Of a stretch of DNA of 64,000 nucleotides, positions 27,946 through 37,327 are shown piece after piece. The stretch is from positions 64,001 to 128,000 of the IMG/VR virus record IMGVR_UViG_3300025015_000011. One strand, 5' to 3'. The translations under genes and the position numbers were made by a program. The notes beneath the pieces are model-generated. The model was not told the DNA's origin and searched no databases. It worked only from the letters and a program-made list of their open reading frames with translations. This stretch comes from a virus. The first letter of the stretch is position 1; each line of letters opens with the position of its first letter.

Positions 27946-27959
27946 TATAAATATTTATA
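27946..27959. promoter_or_regulatory. Palindromic bidirectional late promoter
   Basis: TATAAATATTTATA gives TATAAATA on both strands at a divergence point. Confidence 0.65.
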
Positions 27960-27990
27960 ATGAGAATGATAATATCAAAGGAGCATTAAA

Positions 27991-28719
27991 ATGTCAAGTG
28001 GAAATTTAGAAGAAATTCTTCAAAATCTAGAAACTCATGAGTATACTTTCAGAACTAGTCTTTTATCTGATAAATCAATAGAAGTTTCATTCAGACCCAT
28101 GAAAACCAAGGACCAGAAAGTCCTTCTGGTCAATACTGAAAATGAAACATATGTTAACCAATTAAAAGGTCTTGCTGAACTGATTAAATCCTGTATAAAA
28201 AAAAGCAAGATTAAAGTGGAAGAATTATTCATTCAAGACTTTGTATGGCTTGTCCTTAATATCAGGATGAGGTCTCTTGGTGAAAGCTTAGATATAACAG
28301 GTATTTGTACTGAATGTTCTAAAAGGACTCCAAACCTTAAAATAGACCTTGAAAAAAATATTATAGCAAAATATAGCAGTGGACTCAAGAATAATATTGT
28401 TGCTGTTACTCCAGACTTAAAAATGGTGTTAACTTTCCCTAAGGTTAAACACCTTTTATCAAAGAAATCAGATGCTCCAGTTCTTGACCTCATTGCGGAT
28501 GGTATAGATTATGTAGAATTTAAAGATAAGGTTGTTGATTTAACATCAGAAGAAAAGATAGACCTTTTAGATAAAATAGATATTAAATTCATAACCCAAT
28601 TTGAAAAGTTTGAGGCTGAAAATGATTTTGGTGTTATAATAAAGTTTGACTTTAAATGTACTCATTGTGGGGCTGATAATAAAATTGAAGTGAAGGAAAA
28701 TATCCTAAGTTTTTTTTAA
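27991..28719 (+). CDS. gp26: Baseplate hub assembly protein gp26-like
   Basis: FRPMKTKDQKVLL, IRMRSLGE, two CxxC, ends SFF*. Confidence 0.85.
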   Translation: MSSGNLEEILQNLETHEYTFRTSLLSDKSIEVSFRPMKTKDQKVLLVNTENETYVNQLKGLAELIKSCIKKSKIKVEELFIQDFVWLVLNIRMRSLGESLDITGICTECSKRTPNLKIDLEKNIIAKYSSGLKNNIVAVTPDLKMVLTFPKVKHLLSKKSDAPVLDLIADGIDYVEFKDKVVDLTSEEKIDLLDKIDIKFITQFEKFEAENDFGVIIKFDFKCTHCGADNKIEVKENILSFF

Positions 28720-28880
28720 GTTCTTTGAGGAATTGTCAAATAACAGATATTCTCGATGAAATATTTTACTTGAACCTTTATGCTAAAATGTCACCAGAGT
28801 ATATAGAAAATAGTACAGCATTTGAACGAGAATATTATTTACATTTACTAAAAGAAACACTTAAGAAGGAAGCAGAATAA
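28710..28880 (+). CDS. gp51: gp51-like domain in the -1 frame of gp26 (not in track)
   Basis: LDEIFYLNLYAKMSPEYIENSTAFEREYYLHLLKETLKKEAE*; frame opens through the T8 run at 28710..28717. Confidence 0.7.
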   Translation, partial: FFLSSLRNCQITDILDEIFYLNLYAKMSPEYIENSTAFEREYYLHLLKETLKKEAE

Positions 28881-30772
28881 TGGCAATTAAATACGGAAAG
28901 AAGAAAGCAGAGACCCCAGAAGACCTTCTAAAAAATGCAATAGAAGGTGCAATAGAGGGAATGAGGATTTCTGGTAGTCTAACAGGTCATTTTAGTAAAT
29001 CTGATTCTGATAGATTGATGAAAGCCCTGAAAGAAACTCTTTTAAAATATAAAAGTGCTACTATAGAATCTACTAAAATTTTAAATGATGTTATATCCAA
29101 ATCAGGCTCACTTACTGGTAAACCTAAAGCCGAGAAAATTCTTAGAGATATATTTGACCAAGCTCGAGAAGAATCTGGGCTTAAAGAAAAAGAAGATAAA
29201 AAAAGAGATAAAATACTAAAAGATATTCATAGAAGTGCTAAAGAATTTAATGATAGCACTTCTAAAAATTTAGAAGCTTTAAATGATAAAATGGGAGTAC
29301 GTGGCTATCTTGAGCGAAAAGATAAACCTATTGGTAAGTTTTTAGATATTTATGAACAAATTAAGAAAAGGGATGGAAAACAAGGGTTTAGTCCTATTTC
29401 ATTAATAAAGGCCTTCGGGTCTTTGTTTTCTAATTCTAAGATATTTAAATTTCTTGGATTTAGTCTTGGTTGGTTTGGAAGATTCCCTGCTTTGATTGGT
29501 TATAAAATAGGAAGCATTTTTGAGGATTATAAAAAACATAATGCAGATGTATGGGATACACAAAAGGAATACTATAAGAGATTACTTGAAGAAGGTCATA
29601 CTAAAAGAGATATTAAATCAAAAATGCAATCATTACCTGGTGGACTCGAAGGTAATGATTACACTAAAATGGCATCAGAAGCTTTTCAAGAATATATAGC
29701 TGATGCTAACCGGATGTTTAGAGTTATTGCTAGTGATTTAGCTTTATCAAAATATAAAACACCTGAAGGCAAGGAGCAGATAGCTGCTAGAGCAGAAGAA
29801 GCAGGAATAAATCCTAATATACTTAAATATATTAAAAGCGAAAATAAGTATATGAGAGAATTGAAAAAACTCATGAAAGGTCAGAAATCAGAAGGTCAAA
29901 GGTTTGAAGTAAGTGAAACACAAACAAAAGCAACTGAAGCTATTGTAGAAAGTGTTGCTGAGTCTGGTTCATATTTACAAATGATTTTTGAAGAATTAAA
30001 AATGCTCAGAGAAGACCTGCTCAATAACTCTTTTAGTGTTGAGAATCATTTACTCCTTATGAGGGAAAGTCTTGGTTCTGTTATTGAAGAATTTAAACTA
30101 TTCAGAGAAGATTACTTAAGAGAATTATTAACTCAAGAAAAAGGGGCTAAAGAAAAGGGTAAGGGCCTTTTTGGTAAAATATTAGAAATGTTACCTGGTT
30201 TTGGGCTACTCAGCAAATTATTTAAAGGTGGTGGGCTAATAAAAGGCTTAGTTGGTTTTGGTGCTGGTTTAGCAGCAACAACTGCTGCTTTAGGAATTGC
30301 TGCTTATGCTGGTTGGAAATTCGGAAAATGGTTAGATAAAACTCTCAAGCTTGGTGATAGATTCACAAGTTTATTCACTGCTCCACCAGAGACTGAAGCT
30401 GAGAATCAAAAAAGAAACCAAAAAATGGTTGAACTTTCCAAACAATGGAGAGAAGCTATAGCTAAAGGTGATAAAGAAGAAGTCAAGAAAATCCAAGCAG
30501 AGCAGAACAGAGTTCTTCATGGGGTTGAGTTAGACAAGCCTCCAGTAATAAAAGAACTTAAAAATATTATAAAAGAAAATAAACACACCGAAAAAGTTAA
30601 GTCTCAAATTGAGAAAGAAGTTCTAAAAAAGATTACGGAACAAGGTGGTGCTGTTGATAGTAAACAGCAACAAATTAATATCAATACTCCAATGCCAGCA
30701 AGATTAGATACAGTACCAAGTGGAGTAGAAGATATTGCGTTGAGAACATTTTCAGAGGGATTTTTAAGATAA
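28880..30772 (+). CDS. Tape measure / gp29-like protein
   Basis: 630 aa, helical, Gly/Ala-rich hydrophobic segment; lies between gp26/51 and gp48. Confidence 0.65.
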   Translation: MAIKYGKKKAETPEDLLKNAIEGAIEGMRISGSLTGHFSKSDSDRLMKALKETLLKYKSATIESTKILNDVISKSGSLTGKPKAEKILRDIFDQAREESGLKEKEDKKRDKILKDIHRSAKEFNDSTSKNLEALNDKMGVRGYLERKDKPIGKFLDIYEQIKKRDGKQGFSPISLIKAFGSLFSNSKIFKFLGFSLGWFGRFPALIGYKIGSIFEDYKKHNADVWDTQKEYYKRLLEEGHTKRDIKSKMQSLPGGLEGNDYTKMASEAFQEYIADANRMFRVIASDLALSKYKTPEGKEQIAARAEEAGINPNILKYIKSENKYMRELKKLMKGQKSEGQRFEVSETQTKATEAIVESVAESGSYLQMIFEELKMLREDLLNNSFSVENHLLLMRESLGSVIEEFKLFREDYLRELLTQEKGAKEKGKGLFGKILEMLPGFGLLSKLFKGGGLIKGLVGFGAGLAATTAALGIAAYAGWKFGKWLDKTLKLGDRFTSLFTAPPETEAENQKRNQKMVELSKQWREAIAKGDKEEVKKIQAEQNRVLHGVELDKPPVIKELKNIIKENKHTEKVKSQIEKEVLKKITEQGGAVDSKQQQININTPMPARLDTVPSGVEDIALRTFSEGFLR

Positions 30773-31609
30773 ATGAGCTGGAATAAAATTAATGGAATAT
30801 CACCAAAAAATTGGGCGAAGATGTTCCCAGGGACTGATGGAGCTTCAGATTTTGTAAAGAAAAATTTTATAAAATTTACAGCTTATTCCTCACCTGGTAT
30901 AAGATATGAAGCAACATCCACTCAAGGTGCTACTATACCTGGTAGCCCTTTGGGTTCTTATTCTTTTTATTATCCAAAAAATACTATAAGAGAAGAAATA
31001 TCACATGATTATTCTCCTTTAGAAGGAGCTTATGCTGATACCCTCCGAGCTGGTAAAGAACTAGCAGTTGATGCTGTTCGTGGTGGTATTGCTATTGCGA
31101 ATATAGGTAAAAATACTTCTCATGGTGTTCTAACAGAAGAGCCAACATATTTTTTAAAATCTGAAAAGAGAAGATTTGATATGACAATAGATTTATATTC
31201 TATATCAACTACTTCTGCTAATGATGATGTTTACAATCCTATTTTATTTTTTAAAAGGTATTCTCATGCTAGAAGAGGTGGCTCAATTGGTGGCTCATGG
31301 GATATACCATTTACTGAAAGAACAATAAATGCTAGAATTGATACAATTCACTTTCCTGGGACATTTGTATTATCAGGAGGAATGTTTGAAAGTCCAGCTT
31401 TAAGTCCTGTAAATGATGATAAAAAACATTTAGTTTTAAGAAATATGTCTGTTGAATATAACCCTGAAATTCAATTTGTTGATGAATCTGGTTATCCAGT
31501 TCATGCTAGGATGACTTTAAGTTTTGAAGAAATACAATCATTAATGCAAGAGGACTGGGCAGGAACTCCTTTAAAAGAATCAATATCAGTTACAGGTAAA
31601 AGGAGTTAA
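30773..31609 (+). CDS. Baseplate-tail tube junction protein gp48/gp54-like
   Basis: KRRFDMT, LVLRNMSVEYNP, GYPVHARMTLSFEE. Confidence 0.7.
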   Translation: MSWNKINGISPKNWAKMFPGTDGASDFVKKNFIKFTAYSSPGIRYEATSTQGATIPGSPLGSYSFYYPKNTIREEISHDYSPLEGAYADTLRAGKELAVDAVRGGIAIANIGKNTSHGVLTEEPTYFLKSEKRRFDMTIDLYSISTTSANDDVYNPILFFKRYSHARRGGSIGGSWDIPFTERTINARIDTIHFPGTFVLSGGMFESPALSPVNDDKKHLVLRNMSVEYNPEIQFVDESGYPVHARMTLSFEEIQSLMQEDWAGTPLKESISVTGKRS

Positions 31610-31611
31610 TA

Positions 31612-31944
31612 ATGGCTACTTTCAAATCAATTATAAATCTTTTTGGTGAAATAACATATAATGATGTTTCTGCTCTTAATATTTTCTCTAAATATAAACT
31701 GTTTGATAAGTATAAATCAAATATACAATATTATTTTGAATATACTATCCTTGAGAATGATAGGTGGGATATTATATCTCAGAAATTCTATGGCACTTTC
31801 GAACTATGGTGGTTAATTGCTTTGTTTAATAATGTCATAAACCCATTTGAAAAAATGATGGTTGGGGAAACATTAAAAATTATTCAACCTCAACATCTTT
31901 CTGAATTACTATTGGCTATAAGAAATGTTAAGAAAAATCAATGA
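31612..31944 (+). CDS. gp53: Baseplate wedge gp53 (LysM-like)
   Basis: YTILENDRWDIISQKFYG...LWWLIALFNNVINPF. Confidence 0.85.
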   Translation: MATFKSIINLFGEITYNDVSALNIFSKYKLFDKYKSNIQYYFEYTILENDRWDIISQKFYGTFELWWLIALFNNVINPFEKMMVGETLKIIQPQHLSELLLAIRNVKKNQ

Positions 31945-33158
31945 TAATCAACTATACATTAAAAGATAATCAAAATACTTATATAATTAATCCTATATAT
32001 GTTCGTAGATTCTTTTTAGTAGAAGATATTGAGCAAATGTATATTACTGCAGAAATGGAATTTGAAGATAAGCAGGGCTGGGTTGAAAAACTACCTATTA
32101 CAGGTAATGAAATATTTGAAGTTGAGTTAATACAAGAAACAGAATCGGCTAATATTCAAAAAACAATCTCTTTTGAAGTGTATGATATTAAAATGAAAAC
32201 AGGCACTACTGGTAGAGTAAACATCTATACTATATCTTTAGTCGAAAAAGGATTCTTTCAGTTACTAGATATACATTATTCAAAGAGTTATTCTAATAAA
32301 AAGATTAGTGAAATAATGACTGATGTTCTTAAAAATCAACTAAAAAATTCAAAATATGAAGTAGAAGAAACAATTGATAAAATAAATTTTATTATACCAT
32401 ATTGGAAGCCAACTACAACTATTAAATATTTATCTAAGATAGCCAAAAGAAGTAAAACACCACAAGAAGCGGGTTTTGTATTTTATAGTACTTTATCTGA
32501 TGATAAAAAGAAAGAACCAATTAAAAAATTTACTTCATTTGGAACCCTTCTTGAACAAAAACCAAAAATAGAGGCTAAGGATAAATATTATTTAAGGGAT
32601 GGTGGTAAGCCAGTAACATTCATTAATAATATATTAGAAATCAAAAATCTATCCATGTGTAATAGGAAAGCTCTCAAAAATGGTATTCAAGGTAAAACCT
32701 TCTTGGGTATAGATTTTCATAATGATAAAAATATAATTAACCATTCAGTTAAATTATCTGACTATGTAAAAAATGCTACCTTTTTAGGGGAAACTATTAA
32801 CTTTGCTCAAAATATAGAAAGTACAAAAGCAGATGTCCAATTTAAGGGATATCCAAATAGTGCTCTGATAAAAAATGAACTTGAACATGACTTCAGAATG
32901 AATTTTGAAGATATAAATGTGAGAGAAATTCTTTGTAAGGGTGTATTAACTAGATATGCTGGCCAGATGATAAGCATAGCAGAAATCAGTGGAGATAATG
33001 CTGATATTATAAATCAGGTATATTCAGGAACTTGGCTTATCAAAAAAATAGTACATTATTGGATAGCCAATTCTTATGAACATAAAATGACTATTATAAA
33101 AAATGCTTCGGGGGCTACTACCAAATCTTTAATGAGGACTAAAAAGAAAAATGTTTAA
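31941..33158 (+). CDS. Baseplate hub protein gp27-like
   Basis: LPITGNE, FIIPYWKP, YSGTWLIKKIVH; precedes gp5. Confidence 0.7.
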   Translation: MIINYTLKDNQNTYIINPIYVRRFFLVEDIEQMYITAEMEFEDKQGWVEKLPITGNEIFEVELIQETESANIQKTISFEVYDIKMKTGTTGRVNIYTISLVEKGFFQLLDIHYSKSYSNKKISEIMTDVLKNQLKNSKYEVEETIDKINFIIPYWKPTTTIKYLSKIAKRSKTPQEAGFVFYSTLSDDKKKEPIKKFTSFGTLLEQKPKIEAKDKYYLRDGGKPVTFINNILEIKNLSMCNRKALKNGIQGKTFLGIDFHNDKNIINHSVKLSDYVKNATFLGETINFAQNIESTKADVQFKGYPNSALIKNELEHDFRMNFEDINVREILCKGVLTRYAGQMISIAEISGDNADIINQVYSGTWLIKKIVHYWIANSYEHKMTIIKNASGATTKSLMRTKKKNV

Positions 33159-34173
33159 TAGCATGGAGAAGAACAATACCAACTTTCCTGGTATCTGGTT
33201 GGGTTGTGTTGAAGATAATACAGACCCAAATAAAGCAGGCAGGGTCAGAGTTAGAATATTAGGTATACATTCAGACAATAAATCGATAACAGAAACTGAT
33301 GGTATTCCCACTAAGGATTTACCTTGGGCAATACCAGCTATACCTATTGCTGAAGGAGCTACAAGTGGCTTGGGTATGTTTTCAGTCCCAGTGACTGGTT
33401 CATGGGTTGCAATCTTTTTTATTGGTGAAGACCATAGTTACCCAGTTTACTTCGCTTCTATTGCAGGGAATCCAAAAACTAAACCAAATTCATCAAAAGG
33501 ATTTTCAGACCCTAATGAAAAATATCCTCTTTATACTGGAGAGCCTGATTGGAATAGGAATGCCAGAGCAGAAGGGGAATTAATTAAAGATGTCAAAAAT
33601 GATAATCGTAAAACAGGTATTGAACAAATGAAATCAGGAACTTGGGATGAGCCTAACAGTCCTTATGCTGCTAAGTATCCTTATAATACAGTATTTGAAA
33701 CAAGAGATAATGGATTGGTTATAGAATATGATTCTACACCAGGAGCTGAAAGGTATCATATTTATCATAAAAAATCTAAAAACTATTTTGAAATTTCCAA
33801 TGATGGTCAAACAGTAATAAAATCTAATGCCAATCATTATGAAATTTCTATGAAAGATAGAAATATTGCTATACAAGAAAATCTAAATCAATCAATATCA
33901 GGCAATAAAGATGAGTTAATCGAAGGCAATTCTGATTTAAACGTTTCTGGTAACTCTGATAGTAGAATAGAAGGTAGTTTAAATATTAATGTTGGTGGTT
34001 CTTGTAATATAACAGTTAATGGTAAATGTTCAGTATCTGGTGATATAATTGAACTTGATGGTACTGGTGGAGGTGGCATAATTTCAGGAATATTAACAAA
34101 TGAAACTATTTGTCATTTAACTGGTTTGCCTCATGCTGATTGTTCAATAAATGTAAAAGCAACTAAAACATAA
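33151..34173 (+). CDS. gp5: Baseplate central spike gp5 (OB-fold and beta-helix, no lysozyme domain)
   Basis: VEDNTDPNKAGRVRVRILGIH, LPWAIP, YPYNTVFET, EYDSTPGAER. Confidence 0.9.
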   Translation: MFNSMEKNNTNFPGIWLGCVEDNTDPNKAGRVRVRILGIHSDNKSITETDGIPTKDLPWAIPAIPIAEGATSGLGMFSVPVTGSWVAIFFIGEDHSYPVYFASIAGNPKTKPNSSKGFSDPNEKYPLYTGEPDWNRNARAEGELIKDVKNDNRKTGIEQMKSGTWDEPNSPYAAKYPYNTVFETRDNGLVIEYDSTPGAERYHIYHKKSKNYFEISNDGQTVIKSNANHYEISMKDRNIAIQENLNQSISGNKDELIEGNSDLNVSGNSDSRIEGSLNINVGGSCNITVNGKCSVSGDIIELDGTGGGGIISGILTNETICHLTGLPHADCSINVKATKT

Positions 34174-34182
34174 GGAAGAATT

Positions 34183-34374
34183 ATGTTAGATAAAACAGGT
34201 TTAAAAAATAGGATAATAACAGAATTAGAAGGTTTGGGGTTTGAGCAAGGGTCTTATTCATGGTTTGATAAACTAGCGCAGGCTTTAGCTAATGCAGTGA
34301 TTGATGAAATACAAACTAACTGTGAAGTTACATCAAATGGAAATCATTCTCATCCTGCTGGAACAGTTAAATAG
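34183..34374 (+). CDS. Small spike-associated hypothetical protein
   Basis: 63 aa directly after gp5. Confidence 0.5.
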   Translation: MLDKTGLKNRIITELEGLGFEQGSYSWFDKLAQALANAVIDEIQTNCEVTSNGNHSHPAGTVK

Positions 34375-34382
34375 GAGCAATT

Positions 34383-34967
34383 ATGTCTATAGATAATCCA
34401 ATATGTAATATGTTACCAAATGCTATCAAAGCAGGCAAGTCACAAATGTCTAGAGGAATATCAACACAGAAAGCAGCAAAGTCTCAAGCAGATGGTATAC
34501 TTAATTCTATTAATCTAAGTGATGTTCTTGAAGGAATTCCTGATTTAGATTTTACTTTAAATACTGAGGCTATTAATGCAATAAAAAACTCATGTCCAGG
34601 GCAATTTCCTGATTTACCATCAATCAATAATCAGTTTTCATTAGGGTATGGAGATTACCTCAAAGATTTAAGAGCAAGCCCAATAGGTCAATTAGATAAT
34701 ATAGCTAAATCACTTGAATCTTTTATGAAGAAGATTTCTAGCATTCCAGATAAACTATATAATTATTTAACTTGTTTAAGAGCTATATGTTCTCTTTCTC
34801 CAGAAGAATTTCAAACAGAATGGGATGAAATAACCAGTCTAAAAAATCAACTAGATTTGGATGAAAATGGTTCTCCTAAAATTTTAAGCGAATCTATAAA
34901 AGGTACATTAGATAATTACAATACTAAAGTATCTAAGATTACTAAACAGATTAAAAAATTTACTTGA
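34383..34967 (+). CDS. Hypothetical protein
   Basis: 194 aa, SD GGAG. Confidence 0.55.
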   Translation: MSIDNPICNMLPNAIKAGKSQMSRGISTQKAAKSQADGILNSINLSDVLEGIPDLDFTLNTEAINAIKNSCPGQFPDLPSINNQFSLGYGDYLKDLRASPIGQLDNIAKSLESFMKKISSIPDKLYNYLTCLRAICSLSPEEFQTEWDEITSLKNQLDLDENGSPKILSESIKGTLDNYNTKVSKITKQIKKFT

Positions 34968-35015
34968 CAATTAAAATGTGAATAATGATTAATATTTGTC
35001 AAGAACATTATTAAT

Positions 35016-35044
35016 TTGACAATAATTTAACTTTAATATATAAT
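35016..35044 (+). promoter_or_regulatory. Sigma70 consensus early promoter
   Basis: TTGACA-N17-TATAAT, exact consensus. Confidence 0.75.
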
Positions 35045-35070
35045 GTTTATATTATAATTGTTATTCAACC

Positions 35071-35595
35071 TTGAATAGGAGTAAAGTTATGGAGCACTAC
35101 AGGTTACATTTGAGACAGAAGGCAAAGGAGTTAGATTTAATTCTTTCACAGATTAAGTCTGGTGCAATATCCAGAGACCAGTTGGTTGAAAGAATTATAA
35201 GAAGTTCAGCCCGAAATGCAAAGGTTAATGATGTTTGTGACTATCCTTTATATAAGATGTGTGTTTGGTTATCAAAATACACGAATGACCAATTAAATGA
35301 TAAGTTTGCTACAAGAGTGGACTTAGCAAAAACAATAGCTAAAGAAACAGATACACCAATTCAAACTGTTGTTGCTATGCTTGCACATGAACCTTTAAAA
35401 ATTCCTGAACACTTCAAAAAACCTCACCGAAAATATACACGAAGATTTAATCAACCTGAATTGCCTCTCAACCCAGTACCACAAACCAAATCTGAGATTG
35501 TTTTACCTGAAGGAATAGAAGAACTAACACTCAAAGCTAATGGGATTGAGCTCACAATCAAATTAACTAAGAAGGTGAATTATGAAACAATATAA
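35071..35595 (+). CDS. Hypothetical early protein
   Basis: Downstream of the promoter; likely ATG at 35089 after AGGAG. Confidence 0.6.
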   Translation: MNRSKVMEHYRLHLRQKAKELDLILSQIKSGAISRDQLVERIIRSSARNAKVNDVCDYPLYKMCVWLSKYTNDQLNDKFATRVDLAKTIAKETDTPIQTVVAMLAHEPLKIPEHFKKPHRKYTRRFNQPELPLNPVPQTKSEIVLPEGIEELTLKANGIELTIKLTKKVNYETI

Positions 35596-35797
35596 AAAGA
35601 TGTCTACTTCAAAGAAGATATGCAGGATGAGTGAAAGAATCCTTCTCGAAAATGAAAAGAGAATTAGGTTGTATGATTTGAAGGAAGAACTTATAAAGAG
35701 ATTAAAGATGAACATACGAATAGATTTACTGACTTTAACACTCAGTAGTGATGAAAGATTTACCTTAACCAAAAACAAAGAAATTAAATTGAATTAA
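35582..35797 (+). CDS. Hypothetical basic protein
   Basis: 71 aa, overlaps the previous gene. Confidence 0.45.
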   Translation: MKQYKKMSTSKKICRMSERILLENEKRIRLYDLKEELIKRLKMNIRIDLLTLTLSSDERFTLTKNKEIKLN

Positions 35798-35809
35798 AGG
35801 AGATTGAGT

Positions 35810-35983
35810 ATGGAAAATTATAAAGAAGTATATGATGAAGGTTTCAAGGATGGCAGGGCCTGGCGATACTTGTTTGGGTTCAAATCACAGATAGCAATTA
35901 ATAGCCCAAGAAGAGGTTATGCCGACGGTTATATAGATGGGTTCAATTCAACCCCTACACTAAATGAAATTATAAATGGTTAA
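35810..35983 (+). CDS. Hypothetical protein (57 aa, Y..G..DG motif twice)
   Basis: SD AAGGAG; MENYKEVYDEGFKDG...GYADGYIDG. Confidence 0.5.
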   Translation: MENYKEVYDEGFKDGRAWRYLFGFKSQIAINSPRRGYADGYIDGFNSTPTLNEIING

Positions 35984-36699
35984 TCTCTATACCATAAATT
36001 TACTACCTTCATCAACCCATCCTTCTTGATGATATTAGGTAGTAAATACTTCTCTCTCTTGTCTTCCATTTTCTTTATAAGGTCTTGACCAATGGGATTT
36101 TTAAGTGGAGAAGTATAAAATCCAGTCACTTTCTTGAATGATTGAAGTATAACATCATCTGTTAACTCCCCTTCATTGTTGTTTACTTCAATCATAAAAT
36201 TGAACTTAGATTTATAAAAATCTTTCATGGAAGATATTTTATCATGGGTCTTCCTAATAAAATCCTCTGGGACTTTACGCTCTCTTTGTTTAATCCGCTC
36301 TAATGCAACTTCCAGGTCAGTATTAATAAACACTACCCCAATATCATAACCAATAGATTCAAGAGCACCATACCTAAGTAATAAATTTCTACTGTTAGAA
36401 GATGTTGAATCTATAACAAGGGGTAATATACCATTTAAATATTGAAAAAGAAACTCTTTTGTTAATATTTTAGATTTATCAATTAAGGCCTTTTCAAGAG
36501 GAACAGATAAATCAAGATTTTTAGTCTTCCCAAAATATTCAACTACTCGGTCAGTATTAATTATTCTGGGTTCAATATTACCAGATTTAATTTTGGACAA
36601 AGTATAAGACTTGCCACTTCCTGGAAATCCTACCAGGAAGATGGCTTTCAGTCTACCTATATCATTGATGGATTCATTTACAAAGGATTTAAAATCCAT
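35980..36699 (-). CDS. P-loop kinase (AAA_33/zeta-like) with capsid-targeting-like N-terminus
   Basis: MDFKSFVNE; GFPGSGKS; LVIDST; VALERIKQRERKVP. Confidence 0.8.
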   Translation of the reverse strand: MDFKSFVNESINDIGRLKAIFLVGFPGSGKSYTLSKIKSGNIEPRIINTDRVVEYFGKTKNLDLSVPLEKALIDKSKILTKEFLFQYLNGILPLVIDSTSSNSRNLLLRYGALESIGYDIGVVFINTDLEVALERIKQRERKVPEDFIRKTHDKISSMKDFYKSKFNFMIEVNNNEGELTDDVILQSFKKVTGFYTSPLKNPIGQDLIKKMEDKREKYLLPNIIKKDGLMKVVNLWYRD

Positions 36700-36701
36700 G
36701 A

Positions 36702-37235
36702 TTAATCAGCATCACCTTCAGAGAACACATGATAGTCATAGCTAAATGTAACTGGGAATAATTGAATCTCAGAACTCTTAGTATCAAGAGTGACTTCACC
36801 TAATGCTGATGGGAATACACCAAATAATTTGATAGTCCCTACAGTATTCTGAAGATTATCTAACTGGCTTAGTATAATATTACCTTTATAAACAGAAGGG
36901 GGAGTCATTACATTGGGAGTGTCCCCAGCCCCAGGTCTAACACCATCAATCCATTTTCTAAAAGCACTATACACTTTAAGATTTGTATCCATTCTAAAAG
37001 TAACAGTCCAATCAGGATATTCAATATTACCAGCGAGTTTAAACTGCTGACCCATGAATTGTGCATCTACTGGGGTTACGTTTTTAGTAGGTAAAGATGT
37101 TGATTCTACTAGTATAGTTGTAGTTTCATTGAACCCCCCACCAACTAAGAAACTAGCAAATTTAAGTTTAAACATGAACTGACGGGAAAGGTCAGTAAAA
37201 TTTGAGCGGAAATTATCTACTGAAAAAGCACACAT
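36702..37235 (-). CDS. gp19: Tail tube protein gp19
   Basis: STSLP, YPDWTVTF, LFGVFPSALGEV, FPVTFSYDY. Confidence 0.88.
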   Translation of the reverse strand: MCAFSVDNFRSNFTDLSRQFMFKLKFASFLVGGGFNETTTILVESTSLPTKNVTPVDAQFMGQQFKLAGNIEYPDWTVTFRMDTNLKVYSAFRKWIDGVRPGAGDTPNVMTPPSVYKGNIILSQLDNLQNTVGTIKLFGVFPSALGEVTLDTKSSEIQLFPVTFSYDYHVFSEGDAD

Positions 37236-37262
37236 TTATTTATTCTCCTATAATTTATATTG

Positions 37263-37319
37263 ATATATTTAGTGTGGCAATAATCATATATTAAATGAAG
37301 TCTACCACACTAAATATAT
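37263..37319. other. 15-bp inverted repeat between sheath and tube genes
   Basis: atatatttagtgtgg / ccacactaaatatat. Confidence 0.6.
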
Positions 37320-37327
37320 TTTAGTAA

